From Pseudothioglobus sp. nBUS_23 (GTDB lineage Bacteria; Pseudomonadota; Gammaproteobacteria; PS1; Pseudothioglobaceae), in assembly GCF_051201565.1 (NCBI RefSeq), contig NZ_CP179200.1:1530001-1562000 (forward strand): a DNA stretch of 32,000 nucleotides, in the 5' to 3' direction. Position numbers and translations under genes: made by a program. The number at the start of each line of letters is the position of its first letter. Position 1 is the stretch's first letter. Below the pieces are notes generated by a model, which had not been told where the DNA came from, did not search any database, and worked only from the letters and a program-made list of their open reading frames with translations. This document shows positions 24,952 through 32,000 of this stretch, piece after piece.

Positions 24952-26786
24952 TGGCAAAGAGAAAAACTGTTTGGGAAGATTGTGACATCCTAGTCGTTGG
25001 TGGTGGTATGGCTGGTACTGGTGCAGCATACGAAGCAAGGTACTGGGGGCGTGATATGAGAATCATTTGTGCTGAAAAAGCCAATATTGATCGAAGTGGA
25101 GCTGTTGCTCAAGGTTTATATGCTATCAACTGCTACATGGGTATGCAGTGGGATGAAAACCAACCTGAAGACCATGTGAGATATGCAAGAAATGATCTAA
25201 TGGGATTGGTTCGTGAAGACCTCGCTTTTGACATGGCTCGTCATGTTGACTCTGCAGTCCATAAATTCGAAGAATGGGGACTACCCATAATGAGAAATGA
25301 AGAAACTGGTCGTTATCAGCGTGAGGGTAAATGGCAAATCATGATTCATGGTGAGAGCTATAAACCAATCGTAGCTGAGGCAGCTCGCAATTCAGTAGAT
25401 AAAATTTACAATAGAATAATGGTTACCCATCTTTTGATGGATGAATCTAAAGAAAATAGAGTTGGTGGTGCGGTTGGATTTAACTGTCGTACTGGTGATT
25501 ATCATGTTTTCCGAGCAAAAGCAGTCATTGTTGGAGCTGGTGGTGCTTCTCATATCTTTAAGCCAAGATCAGTTGGTGAAGGTATGGGTAGAACTTGGTA
25601 TGCCCCATGGAGCAGTGGATCAGCATATGCGTTACCAATTCAGGTTGGTGCAAAGATGACACAGATGGAAAACCGAATTGTATTAACTCGTTTCAAGGAT
25701 GGATATGGTCCAGTTGGAGCTTATTTTCTTCATCTTAAAACTTATACTCAAAATACCTATGGTGAAGAATATGAATCCAAATGGTATGAACACACTAAGG
25801 CAATGGTTGGAGAATATATTGATCATACGCCGACTCCAACCTGCTTAAGAAACCATGCATTCATCGAAGAGGTTAAAGCTGGTAGAGGCCCAATCCATAT
25901 GGTTACAATGGAGGCTTTTCAAGACCCACATCTCGAGGTTATTGGATGGGAAAACTTTTTAGGAATGACTGTAGGTCAAGCTGTTGTTTGGGCATCTCAA
26001 AATATTGATCCTAAGTATACAAATCCTGAGTTAACTACCTCTGAACCTTATGTAATGGGTTCACATGCGACCTGTTCTGGAGCATGGGTAAGTGGTCCTG
26101 AAGATATCTCGCCTCCAGAATACTTCTGGGGCTATAACCGAATGCTTACTGTTGAAGGTCTATTTGGAGCAGGTGATACTGTTGGTGGTACAGCACATAA
26201 ATTCTCATCTGGCTCATTTACTGAAGGCCGAATTGCAGCAAAAGCTGCGGTCAAGTACATTCAGGATCTTGGTGATGAAAAAATTCAGGTCAGCAACAAG
26301 CAGTGTGATGACCTTAAAGAAATTATTTTCAAGCCTCTGGAAAACTACACAGTTGGTCGTAATGAGATTACAGCTGGAACAGTTTCACCAAGTTACTTGC
26401 TACCAATTCAAGGACTTCAACGCCTTGAAAAAATTATGGACGAGTATGTTGGTGGTATCAGTGTTAATTATATGACTAATGGTAATCTTCTTAAAAAGGG
26501 TATCGAGTTATTGAGCATTCTTCAAGAAGACTTGGAGCACATTGGTGCTGAAGATTTACATCAACTAATGAGAGGATGGGAACTGAAGCATCGGACGATT
26601 ACTTCAGAATGTGTTGCACAGCATACCCTATTTCGTGAAGAAACTCGCTGGCCAGGATATTACTACAGAGGGGATCACATGAAATTAGATGATGACAATT
26701 GGCATTGTTTAACTGTTTCTAGACGTGATCCTAAATCTGGCGAATGGACAATGGAAAAAGCACCGCTCTACCATATAGTTGATTAA
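24951..26786 (+). CDS. aprA: Adenylylsulfate (APS) reductase alpha subunit (FAD flavoprotein)
   Basis: 611 aa with the FAD-binding N-terminus ILVVGGGMAGTGAA and fumarate-reductase-family similarity. Paired with aprB. Confidence 0.93.
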   Translation: MAKRKTVWEDCDILVVGGGMAGTGAAYEARYWGRDMRIICAEKANIDRSGAVAQGLYAINCYMGMQWDENQPEDHVRYARNDLMGLVREDLAFDMARHVDSAVHKFEEWGLPIMRNEETGRYQREGKWQIMIHGESYKPIVAEAARNSVDKIYNRIMVTHLLMDESKENRVGGAVGFNCRTGDYHVFRAKAVIVGAGGASHIFKPRSVGEGMGRTWYAPWSSGSAYALPIQVGAKMTQMENRIVLTRFKDGYGPVGAYFLHLKTYTQNTYGEEYESKWYEHTKAMVGEYIDHTPTPTCLRNHAFIEEVKAGRGPIHMVTMEAFQDPHLEVIGWENFLGMTVGQAVVWASQNIDPKYTNPELTTSEPYVMGSHATCSGAWVSGPEDISPPEYFWGYNRMLTVEGLFGAGDTVGGTAHKFSSGSFTEGRIAAKAAVKYIQDLGDEKIQVSNKQCDDLKEIIFKPLENYTVGRNEITAGTVSPSYLLPIQGLQRLEKIMDEYVGGISVNYMTNGNLLKKGIELLSILQEDLEHIGAEDLHQLMRGWELKHRTITSECVAQHTLFREETRWPGYYYRGDHMKLDDDNWHCLTVSRRDPKSGEWTMEKAPLYHIVD

Positions 26787-26810
26787 TCAGATATCTGAAA
26801 TGATTATAAT

Positions 26811-26840
26811 TGAGGCCTCTTTTGAGGTCTCAGTTGTTTT
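26811..26840 (+). terminator. Rho-independent terminator after aprA
   Basis: TGAGGCCTC-TTTT-GAGGTCTCA, a 9-bp stem with one G-U pair, followed by GTTGTTTT. It starts 25 nt after the aprA stop. Confidence 0.6.
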
Positions 26841-26882
26841 AAAAAACAATATCTTTGCAAACATAATTTAAAGGTTAAATAA

Positions 26883-27233
26883 ATGAATCTAATTGAAAAA
26901 TCTGATCAGGAAATTCTAGAAATTGCTGAGCCAATGTGGGATGATCTCGTTGAATCTTCAAACAAAAGAGACTACCTAGGTTTTATAAAGCACTTTTCAA
27001 AAGAGATGTTAATGGGCGCCAATGAAATTGAAATTGGTAAGCAATGGACTAAAAATAAAGTACTTTCAAGTTTAGCTATTGAAAGAGAGTTTTTAGGGTG
27101 CCTTAGAAGGGGTGACTATATTACGATCTTATACAAACAAACCAGTATCGAAGTCCCAGGAGAGTTTTTGGGAAGACTGGTTTTAGGTATTGAGGAAGAT
27201 GAAGTTAAAATTTTTGGCGCCACAATTTTTTAA
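26883..27233 (+). CDS. Hypothetical cytoplasmic protein (116 aa); no family recognised
   Basis: An intact ORF with an AAAGG Shine-Dalgarno-like element upstream. The next gene starts 9 nt after its stop. No signal peptide or transmembrane segment, and no motif I recognise. Confidence 0.55.
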   Translation: MNLIEKSDQEILEIAEPMWDDLVESSNKRDYLGFIKHFSKEMLMGANEIEIGKQWTKNKVLSSLAIEREFLGCLRRGDYITILYKQTSIEVPGEFLGRLVLGIEEDEVKIFGATIF

Positions 27234-27242
27234 GATATTTGT

Positions 27243-27713
27243 ATGGCTGATACAATTTCTACCAATAAGTTCGTCGAATTAACCTACAGGATTGTTGATA
27301 AATCTAATGGTGAAGTCATAGAGCAAGTCGAAGATCCTCTGGGTTATGTTCAAGGAGACAACACATTGTTATTTAACCAAGTCACCAAAGAGCTTGAAGG
27401 GAGGTCTGTTGGTGATGAGGTTGAAATACTTTTAACAGCTGAAGAAGCGTTTGGTCCAAAAATTCAAGAATTAATTTTTACTGATGACATCAATAATGTT
27501 CCACTTGAGTATAGATATATTGGCGCGACGGTTACGATGCAAAATGATAAGGGTGGAACCAAAGACTTTATTGTCTCTAATATCGAAGATGGAAAACTGA
27601 CTATTGATGGAAATCATCCATTAGCTGGCAAGGATATTATTTTCTATGTTGAGGTTTTATCGATCCGCGATGCTACAGCTGATGAAATTATTGAAGGTGG
27701 CTCTATAGAGTAA
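27243..27713 (+). CDS. slyD: FKBP-type peptidyl-prolyl cis-trans isomerase, SlyD-like, lacking the His-rich tail
   Basis: 156 aa that aligns with E. coli SlyD along its length (V.L.Y....G.V......PL.Y..G...L.....ALEG...GD, and the IF-domain-flanking DGNHPLAGKDIIFYVEVLSIRDAT versus the E. coli DGNHMLAGQNLKFNVEVVAIREAT). Confidence 0.82.
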   Translation: MADTISTNKFVELTYRIVDKSNGEVIEQVEDPLGYVQGDNTLLFNQVTKELEGRSVGDEVEILLTAEEAFGPKIQELIFTDDINNVPLEYRYIGATVTMQNDKGGTKDFIVSNIEDGKLTIDGNHPLAGKDIIFYVEVLSIRDATADEIIEGGSIE

Positions 27714-27757
27714 TTTTTATTTCCAGTGAGAGATATAAAGCAAGTTTGTTCCAAAAA

Positions 27758-28243
27758 TTAAAATATATCATCAAAAATCTTGGGCTCAATAACCCAGTCT
27801 CTTTCACTTTTTATAGTTAGCTTTAAACATTTAGCAGCCCCATAGTTGCGGGTTTTCCCAGCTGAACCAGGATTCACAACCCAAGTGGATTGATCCTTGT
27901 CAATAACCTGTTTGTGCGTATGACCATAAACAATCACTTTGGCATTTGGGTAGGCCTCTCTTAAGGAGTCATGGCTTGGCTGAATGTGTCCATGCAGATG
28001 TCCATGCTCTATAGCAATATTTCCACCAGGAAGATCTAATAATTCAACCTCTCCAAGAGAAGTAATATGAATATCATTATTCCCCTTTACTGCAATCATT
28101 CTCTGTTTGGGGTTAAGCATCTCTAAAGAAGTTTCATCGACGATATCTCCTGCATGAATCACAAAATCACATGCATTCATGAGTTTGATTATCTCAGGAT
28201 GAATCACCCCATGGGTATCAGAGAGGATGCCTACTTCTATCAC
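27758..28243 (-). CDS. Metallophosphoesterase, YfcE/MJ0936 family
   Basis: 161 aa with the calcineurin-like motifs ILSDTHG, HAGDIVD, GNND, EHGH and GHTH. It has a GTG start 2 nt after the argG stop. Confidence 0.85.
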   Translation of the reverse strand: MIEVGILSDTHGVIHPEIIKLMNACDFVIHAGDIVDETSLEMLNPKQRMIAVKGNNDIHITSLGEVELLDLPGGNIAIEHGHLHGHIQPSHDSLREAYPNAKVIVYGHTHKQVIDKDQSTWVVNPGSAGKTRNYGAAKCLKLTIKSERDWVIEPKIFDDIF

Positions 28244-28245
28244 TA

Positions 28246-29442
28246 CTACTGGAGAGATTTTAGTCTTAAGCGGAGTGCATTTAGCTTGATAAAGCCCTCA
28301 GCATCTTTTTGATTATAGGCTCCTTCATCATCCTCAAAGGTTGCTATTTTTTCACTGAATAAGCTATTCTGTGATTTCCTGCCCACAACTGATACACTTC
28401 CTTTATACAACTTGACTCTGACTTCACCGGAGACATTTTCCTGAGAGGCATCAATGGCGGCCTGCATCATTTCGCGCTCTGGAGCAAACCAAAAACCGTT
28501 ATAAATTAATTTAGCATATTTCGGCATTAGCTCGTCTTTAAGATGGGCGGCCTCACGATCCAATGTTAACGATTCTATTGCACGATGCGCTTTTAGCATG
28601 ACGGTTCCAGCAGGAGTTTCATAACATCCTCTGGACTTCATTCCAACAAAACGATTTTCAACAATATCGAGCCTTCCTACCCCATGAGCACCAGCAAGTT
28701 GATTCAATTCTTCCATGACTTTGGCTGGTGACAAAGACTTACCATTGACTGCAATGATATCGCCTTTTTCATAAGTTAATTCAACGTATTCTGGCTTATC
28801 GGGAGCATTTTCTGGTGATTCGGTCCAGCGCCACATATCATCCTCAGCCTCCTGCCATGGGTCCTCTAGAATATCTCCTTCATAGGATATATGAAGAAGA
28901 TTTGCGTCCATCGAGTAAGGAGATTTTTTTGACTGCTTTTTATAATCAACTTCGATATTGTTTTTCTCAGCATAATTCATCAAACTCTCACGTGAGGATA
29001 AATCCCACTCTCGCCAAGGGGCAATTATTTGGATATCTGAATTAATAGCGTACGCGTTGAGCTCAAACCTGACTTGATCATTACCTTTACCAGTAGCCCC
29101 GTGAGAGATTGCATCTGCACCAACCTCTTCTGCAATCTCAACCAATCTTTTAGAAATTAAAGGCCTTGCAATTGAAGTACCCAATAAATACTCGCCCTCA
29201 TAAATAGCATTCGCTCTGAACATTGGAAAAACGAAATCTCGTGCAAACTCCTCACGCAAATCCTCGATATATATTTCTTTAATGCCCATAGCTTGAGCTT
29301 TTAATCGAGCCGGCTCAACCTCTTCACCTTGACCAATATCGGCCGTAAAAGTAACGACCTCACAGCTGTAAGTGTCTTGAAGCCACTTTGCGATAATACT
29401 AGTATCCAGCCCACCCGAATACGCTAATACAACTTTTTTCAT
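28246..29442 (-). CDS. argG: Argininosuccinate synthase
   Basis: 398 aa with the N-type ATP pyrophosphatase motif [12 protein letters not shown] and full-length ArgG similarity ([13 protein letters not shown]). Confidence 0.96.
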   Translation of the reverse strand: MKKVVLAYSGGLDTSIIAKWLQDTYSCEVVTFTADIGQGEEVEPARLKAQAMGIKEIYIEDLREEFARDFVFPMFRANAIYEGEYLLGTSIARPLISKRLVEIAEEVGADAISHGATGKGNDQVRFELNAYAINSDIQIIAPWREWDLSSRESLMNYAEKNNIEVDYKKQSKKSPYSMDANLLHISYEGDILEDPWQEAEDDMWRWTESPENAPDKPEYVELTYEKGDIIAVNGKSLSPAKVMEELNQLAGAHGVGRLDIVENRFVGMKSRGCYETPAGTVMLKAHRAIESLTLDREAAHLKDELMPKYAKLIYNGFWFAPEREMMQAAIDASQENVSGEVRVKLYKGSVSVVGRKSQNSLFSEKIATFEDDEGAYNQKDAEGFIKLNALRLRLKSLQ

Positions 29443-29834
29443 TCTTTGTTTATGTAGTTAAATTCTTTTTTAAAAAATACTTCATCCTTCGAGTTAAGCA
29501 CTTCAACTGTCCATTCTCCAAGCCAAGTAGGCCATAGATTTTTTGATGACCAAACTCTCCATCTTGGACCGTTGACATTAAAATCAATTTCTGCCATTAC
29601 TTTATTATTGTAAATCCAGCGATGTTTAACTCTCTGACCTTGTAGGTTGCGGATATTTGTAAAAAAATAGATTTTACCGAAAGAATTGTCAAGCTCTTTA
29701 ATAATATTGAGTGGCGTTCTGTCTTTGACCTCTAAAGCGAACTCTGCATTTGAGATATTTTCGTGGGGCCAATCTGATGCTGAAACATTAAATGAAATAA
29801 TTAGGCAAGAAATTATTGCAATGATTTTATTCAT
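29439..29834 (-). CDS. Small secreted protein of unknown function (possibly DUF2914-like)
   Basis: 131 aa with a signal peptide ([16 protein letters not shown]|SD). The Trp-rich C-terminal pattern HRWIYNNK...[24 protein letters not shown] resembles, from memory, the DUF2914 family. That resemblance is unverified. Confidence 0.6.
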   Translation of the reverse strand: MNKIIAIISCLIISFNVSASDWPHENISNAEFALEVKDRTPLNIIKELDNSFGKIYFFTNIRNLQGQRVKHRWIYNNKVMAEIDFNVNGPRWRVWSSKNLWPTWLGEWTVEVLNSKDEVFFKKEFNYINKE

Positions 29835-30284
29835 CTATTCCACCCAATGAATAATATGTTCGAATAATTGATCTTCCTTGATTTCATTATCTCTGTATGT
29901 TCTCCCTCTAACTGAAATACCTGCAAGATGAACACTTTGTTTATTGCCGCTGATAAGAGGGTGCCAATCATACAAGCTCTTTCCTTCATATAGTAACCGA
30001 TATGCGCAGGTTGATGGCAGCCAATTAAACTTTTCTTCCCAATTCGGGGTAATACTCAAACAGTCAGGGACATATTTTTGTCGATCATCATAATGAGGAC
30101 AAGAACAAGTTTCCTCATCAAGATATTGACACGCAACATCTGTAAAGTAGATATCGCCTGAGGTATCATCTTCAAACTTGTGTAGACAACACCGGCCGCA
30201 ACCGTCGCAGAGTGACTCCCACTCTCGCTCACTCATCTCCTCTAAAGATTTACGCTCCCAAAAAGGTCTATTTGATGCATCCAA
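29835..30284 (-). CDS. ycgN: UPF0260 family protein YcgN (CxxCxxCC putative metal/Fe-S-binding)
   Basis: 149 aa. PFWERKSLEEMSEREWESLCDGCGRCCLHKFED...YFTDVAC...LPSTCAYRLL...WHPL aligns closely with E. coli YcgN. Confidence 0.85.
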   Translation of the reverse strand: MDASNRPFWERKSLEEMSEREWESLCDGCGRCCLHKFEDDTSGDIYFTDVACQYLDEETCSCPHYDDRQKYVPDCLSITPNWEEKFNWLPSTCAYRLLYEGKSLYDWHPLISGNKQSVHLAGISVRGRTYRDNEIKEDQLFEHIIHWVE

Positions 30285-30324
30285 AGTATTTTAAGGCTTT
30301 AAATTAAGCAAGGTTTGACTTCAA

Positions 30325-31212
30325 TTATAAACTCAAAGAGGCGAAGAGTCTGTCAATCCCGATTGCAACACCTGAGCAAGCAGGGAGCCCATCTTTTAAG
30401 TCATCTAAAAAATCTTCATCTAAAAAATCGGTAAATTTTGAAAGGCTTTTTCTTTTATTAATCTCTGTTTGAAACCTATCACGATACTCATTTGAGGTCT
30501 GAATTTCTTGGTAACCATTCGCGATTTCAGTGCCATTTATGTACATTTCAAAACGATGTGCAACAGGCCCATCTATTTGCGCCAGTGCAGCCTGCTGCCA
30601 TGGAAAATCATAGATAAAGCATACCGGAATACTTTTCAGTTTTGGCTCAACAAGATGAACAAAAAGAACCATCTGCATATCTTCTATCCATTCATAATCT
30701 GAGCTAAGGTCATGGGATTCTAAAATAATTTTTAGAGCTTCAAAATCAGAATTTAATATATCTATCCCTGCAAAATCAAAGAATGCTTGAGCATAAGACA
30801 TCTTTTCAGCTTTGCCATCCTTACCGAGCGCAATCAATAATTCTTTGAGCTCCTCTATTAATTGCTGCATATCAAAACCCACTCTATAAAACTCTAGCAT
30901 TGTAAATTCATTAGAGTTAATTCTTCCAAACTCATTATCACGAAAGACCTGGCAAATTTGAAAAATATCACCGCTACCTTTAGAGAGTAGGCGCTTCATT
31001 TCTAATTCCGGTGAGGTGTGCAAATAGAATTTTGAGGATTTTGATAGAGCCTGATTGACTGAAACTTCAATACTATCGATATATACGTCAGTTGTTGGAG
31101 TGGTTAAAAGAGAAGGAGTGACAACTTCAACAACATTGCGCGAATAAAAAAAACTCCTAATATTTCTTATTAGGTTTTGATGATTTAAAAGTTTTTCTTT
31201 TAAATTAGACAT
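30325..31212 (-). CDS. epmA: EF-P--(R)-beta-lysine ligase (class II LysRS paralog, PoxA/GenX)
   Basis: 295 aa with class II aaRS catalytic-core motifs (FRDNE...RINSNEFTMLEFY; GLPACSGVAIGIDRL) and no anticodon-binding domain. It lies 11 nt downstream of efp. Confidence 0.85.
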   Translation of the reverse strand: MSNLKEKLLNHQNLIRNIRSFFYSRNVVEVVTPSLLTTPTTDVYIDSIEVSVNQALSKSSKFYLHTSPELEMKRLLSKGSGDIFQICQVFRDNEFGRINSNEFTMLEFYRVGFDMQQLIEELKELLIALGKDGKAEKMSYAQAFFDFAGIDILNSDFEALKIILESHDLSSDYEWIEDMQMVLFVHLVEPKLKSIPVCFIYDFPWQQAALAQIDGPVAHRFEMYINGTEIANGYQEIQTSNEYRDRFQTEINKRKSLSKFTDFLDEDFLDDLKDGLPACSGVAIGIDRLFASLSL

Positions 31213-31223
31213 TTAGGCAGTAA

Positions 31224-31784
31224 TTAGGCACGCCCAGTATATTCATTCGTCCTTGTATCAACTTTAACTTTATCACCAATAGCAACAAACAAAGGCACTT
31301 GAACTACGACTCCAGTATTGAGCGTAGCAGGCTTTCCTCCTGTTCCCGCAGTGTCACCTTTTAGACCAGGGTCTGTATCAATCACCTCAAGAGTTACATG
31401 ATTAGGTGGAGAAACAGAAATAGGGTTATTGTTCCACAAGGTTACTATGCAGTTATCTTGCTCAACGAGATAGTTTAATGCTGTTCCCATGGATTCTTTT
31501 CCAACATCAAATTGCTCAAAGGATTCCGGATCCATGAAGTACCATTTTTCTCCATCAGAATAAAGATATTGCATCTCCAATTCCATGACATCTGCAGCTT
31601 CAAGAGATTCACCAGATTTAAAAGTTTTTTCTAGGGTCTTTCCAGTTATTAGATCTTTAAACTTAACTCTATTAAATGCCTGTCCTTTTCCAGGTTTAAC
31701 AATTTCATTATTGACAATAGAGCATGGATTTCCATCAAGCATTAATTTCAAACCATTTTTAAACTGACTGGTACTGTAATTCAT
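31224..31784 (-). CDS. efp: Elongation factor P
   Basis: 186 aa. The [17 protein letters not shown] loop carries the modifiable Lys (K34 equivalent), and the protein is EF-P-like along its full length. Confidence 0.95.
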   Translation of the reverse strand: MNYSTSQFKNGLKLMLDGNPCSIVNNEIVKPGKGQAFNRVKFKDLITGKTLEKTFKSGESLEAADVMELEMQYLYSDGEKWYFMDPESFEQFDVGKESMGTALNYLVEQDNCIVTLWNNNPISVSPPNHVTLEVIDTDPGLKGDTAGTGGKPATLNTGVVVQVPLFVAIGDKVKVDTRTNEYTGRA

Positions 31785-31959
31785 AATGTATTAATCCTAA
31801 AATTTATTTATGACATGAATTTAATCATGAATTGGTATTTTAATAAGATAGTTCAAATAAATTTCATAATTTAAAGAAACAACCCAATAAAATCAAGATT
31901 TCAATCTAAGAATGATAAAATGTGTGACCTTATATTTTAACCCGAAGTAATTTAATTAT

Positions 31960-32000
31960 ATGCACATACATGAATACCAGGCGAAAGACTTATTTAAGAA
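31960..32000 (+). CDS. sucC: Probable succinyl-CoA synthetase beta subunit, first 13 codons only
   Basis: ATG at 31960 gives MHIHEYQAKDLFK, matching the highly conserved SucC N-terminus (M.LHEYQAK.LF). It is truncated by the window edge. Confidence 0.55.
   Translation, partial: MHIHEYQAKDLFK

Noticed and set aside
25441-26475. Alternative-frame ORFs inside aprA (72 aa at 25441-25659; 127 aa at 26092-26475)
   Set aside because: They are on the same strand as aprA but out of frame. The aprA frame has strong family-level support throughout.
26787-26798. 12-bp perfect palindrome TCAGATATCTGA immediately after the aprA stop
   Set aside because: It is short, has no loop, and lies beside a much better terminator hairpin at 26811-26840. 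There is no basis for assigning it a function.
31814-31833. Direct repeat CATGAATT-taat-CATGAATT upstream of efp
   Set aside because: It is only 8 bp in a very AT-rich divergent intergenic region. That is within chance expectation, and I could not link it to a promoter.

Overview
The window reads as a low-GC chromosome, probably from a gammaproteobacterial sulfur oxidiser. The taxonomic call is an inference from three things: the sat-aprMBA cluster, the E. coli-like pgsA/tRNA-Gly/tRNA-Cys synteny, and the presence of ycgN, epmA and efp. No database search was possible.

Layout:
- (1) 1-8657, minus strand: the 5' part of the S10 ribosomal-protein operon (rpsJ to the start of rplP), preceded by the str operon (rpsL-rpsG-fusA-tuf).
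- (2) 8744-9226: an orphan low-molecular-weight protein tyrosine phosphatase.
- (3) 9346-14352: two large secreted FG-GAP/VCBS-repeat proteins.
- (4) 14518-19217, plus strand: kdsD-murE-murF, tRNA-Arg, pgsA, tRNA-Gly, tRNA-Cys.
- (5) 19232-22068, minus strand: a SulP/STAS anion transporter and azlCD.
- (6) 22289-26786: sat-aprM-aprB-aprA, the APS pathway of sulfite oxidation.
- (7) 26883-27713: an unknown 116-aa protein and a SlyD-like FKBP.
- (8) 27758-31784, minus strand: a tightly packed string of efp, epmA, ycgN, orf131, argG and a metallophosphoesterase.
- (9) 31960-32000: the start of sucC.

I see no CRISPR array, transposase, integrase, toxin-antitoxin pair or recognisable defence system.

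The only strong novelty candidate is the two-gene secreted cassette at 9346-14352. Both proteins carry the same Cys-bracketed N-terminal mini-module, and its coding DNA has diverged only at synonymous sites. The larger protein also ends in a tandemly duplicated domain I cannot name.

Secondary oddities:
- a 71-aa acidic C-terminal extension with a tandem repeat on ribosomal protein L3;
- a perfect palindrome overlapping a candidate sat promoter;
- near-consensus promoters embedded in the stop-codon regions of upstream genes;
- murE-murF detached from the rest of the dcw cluster.
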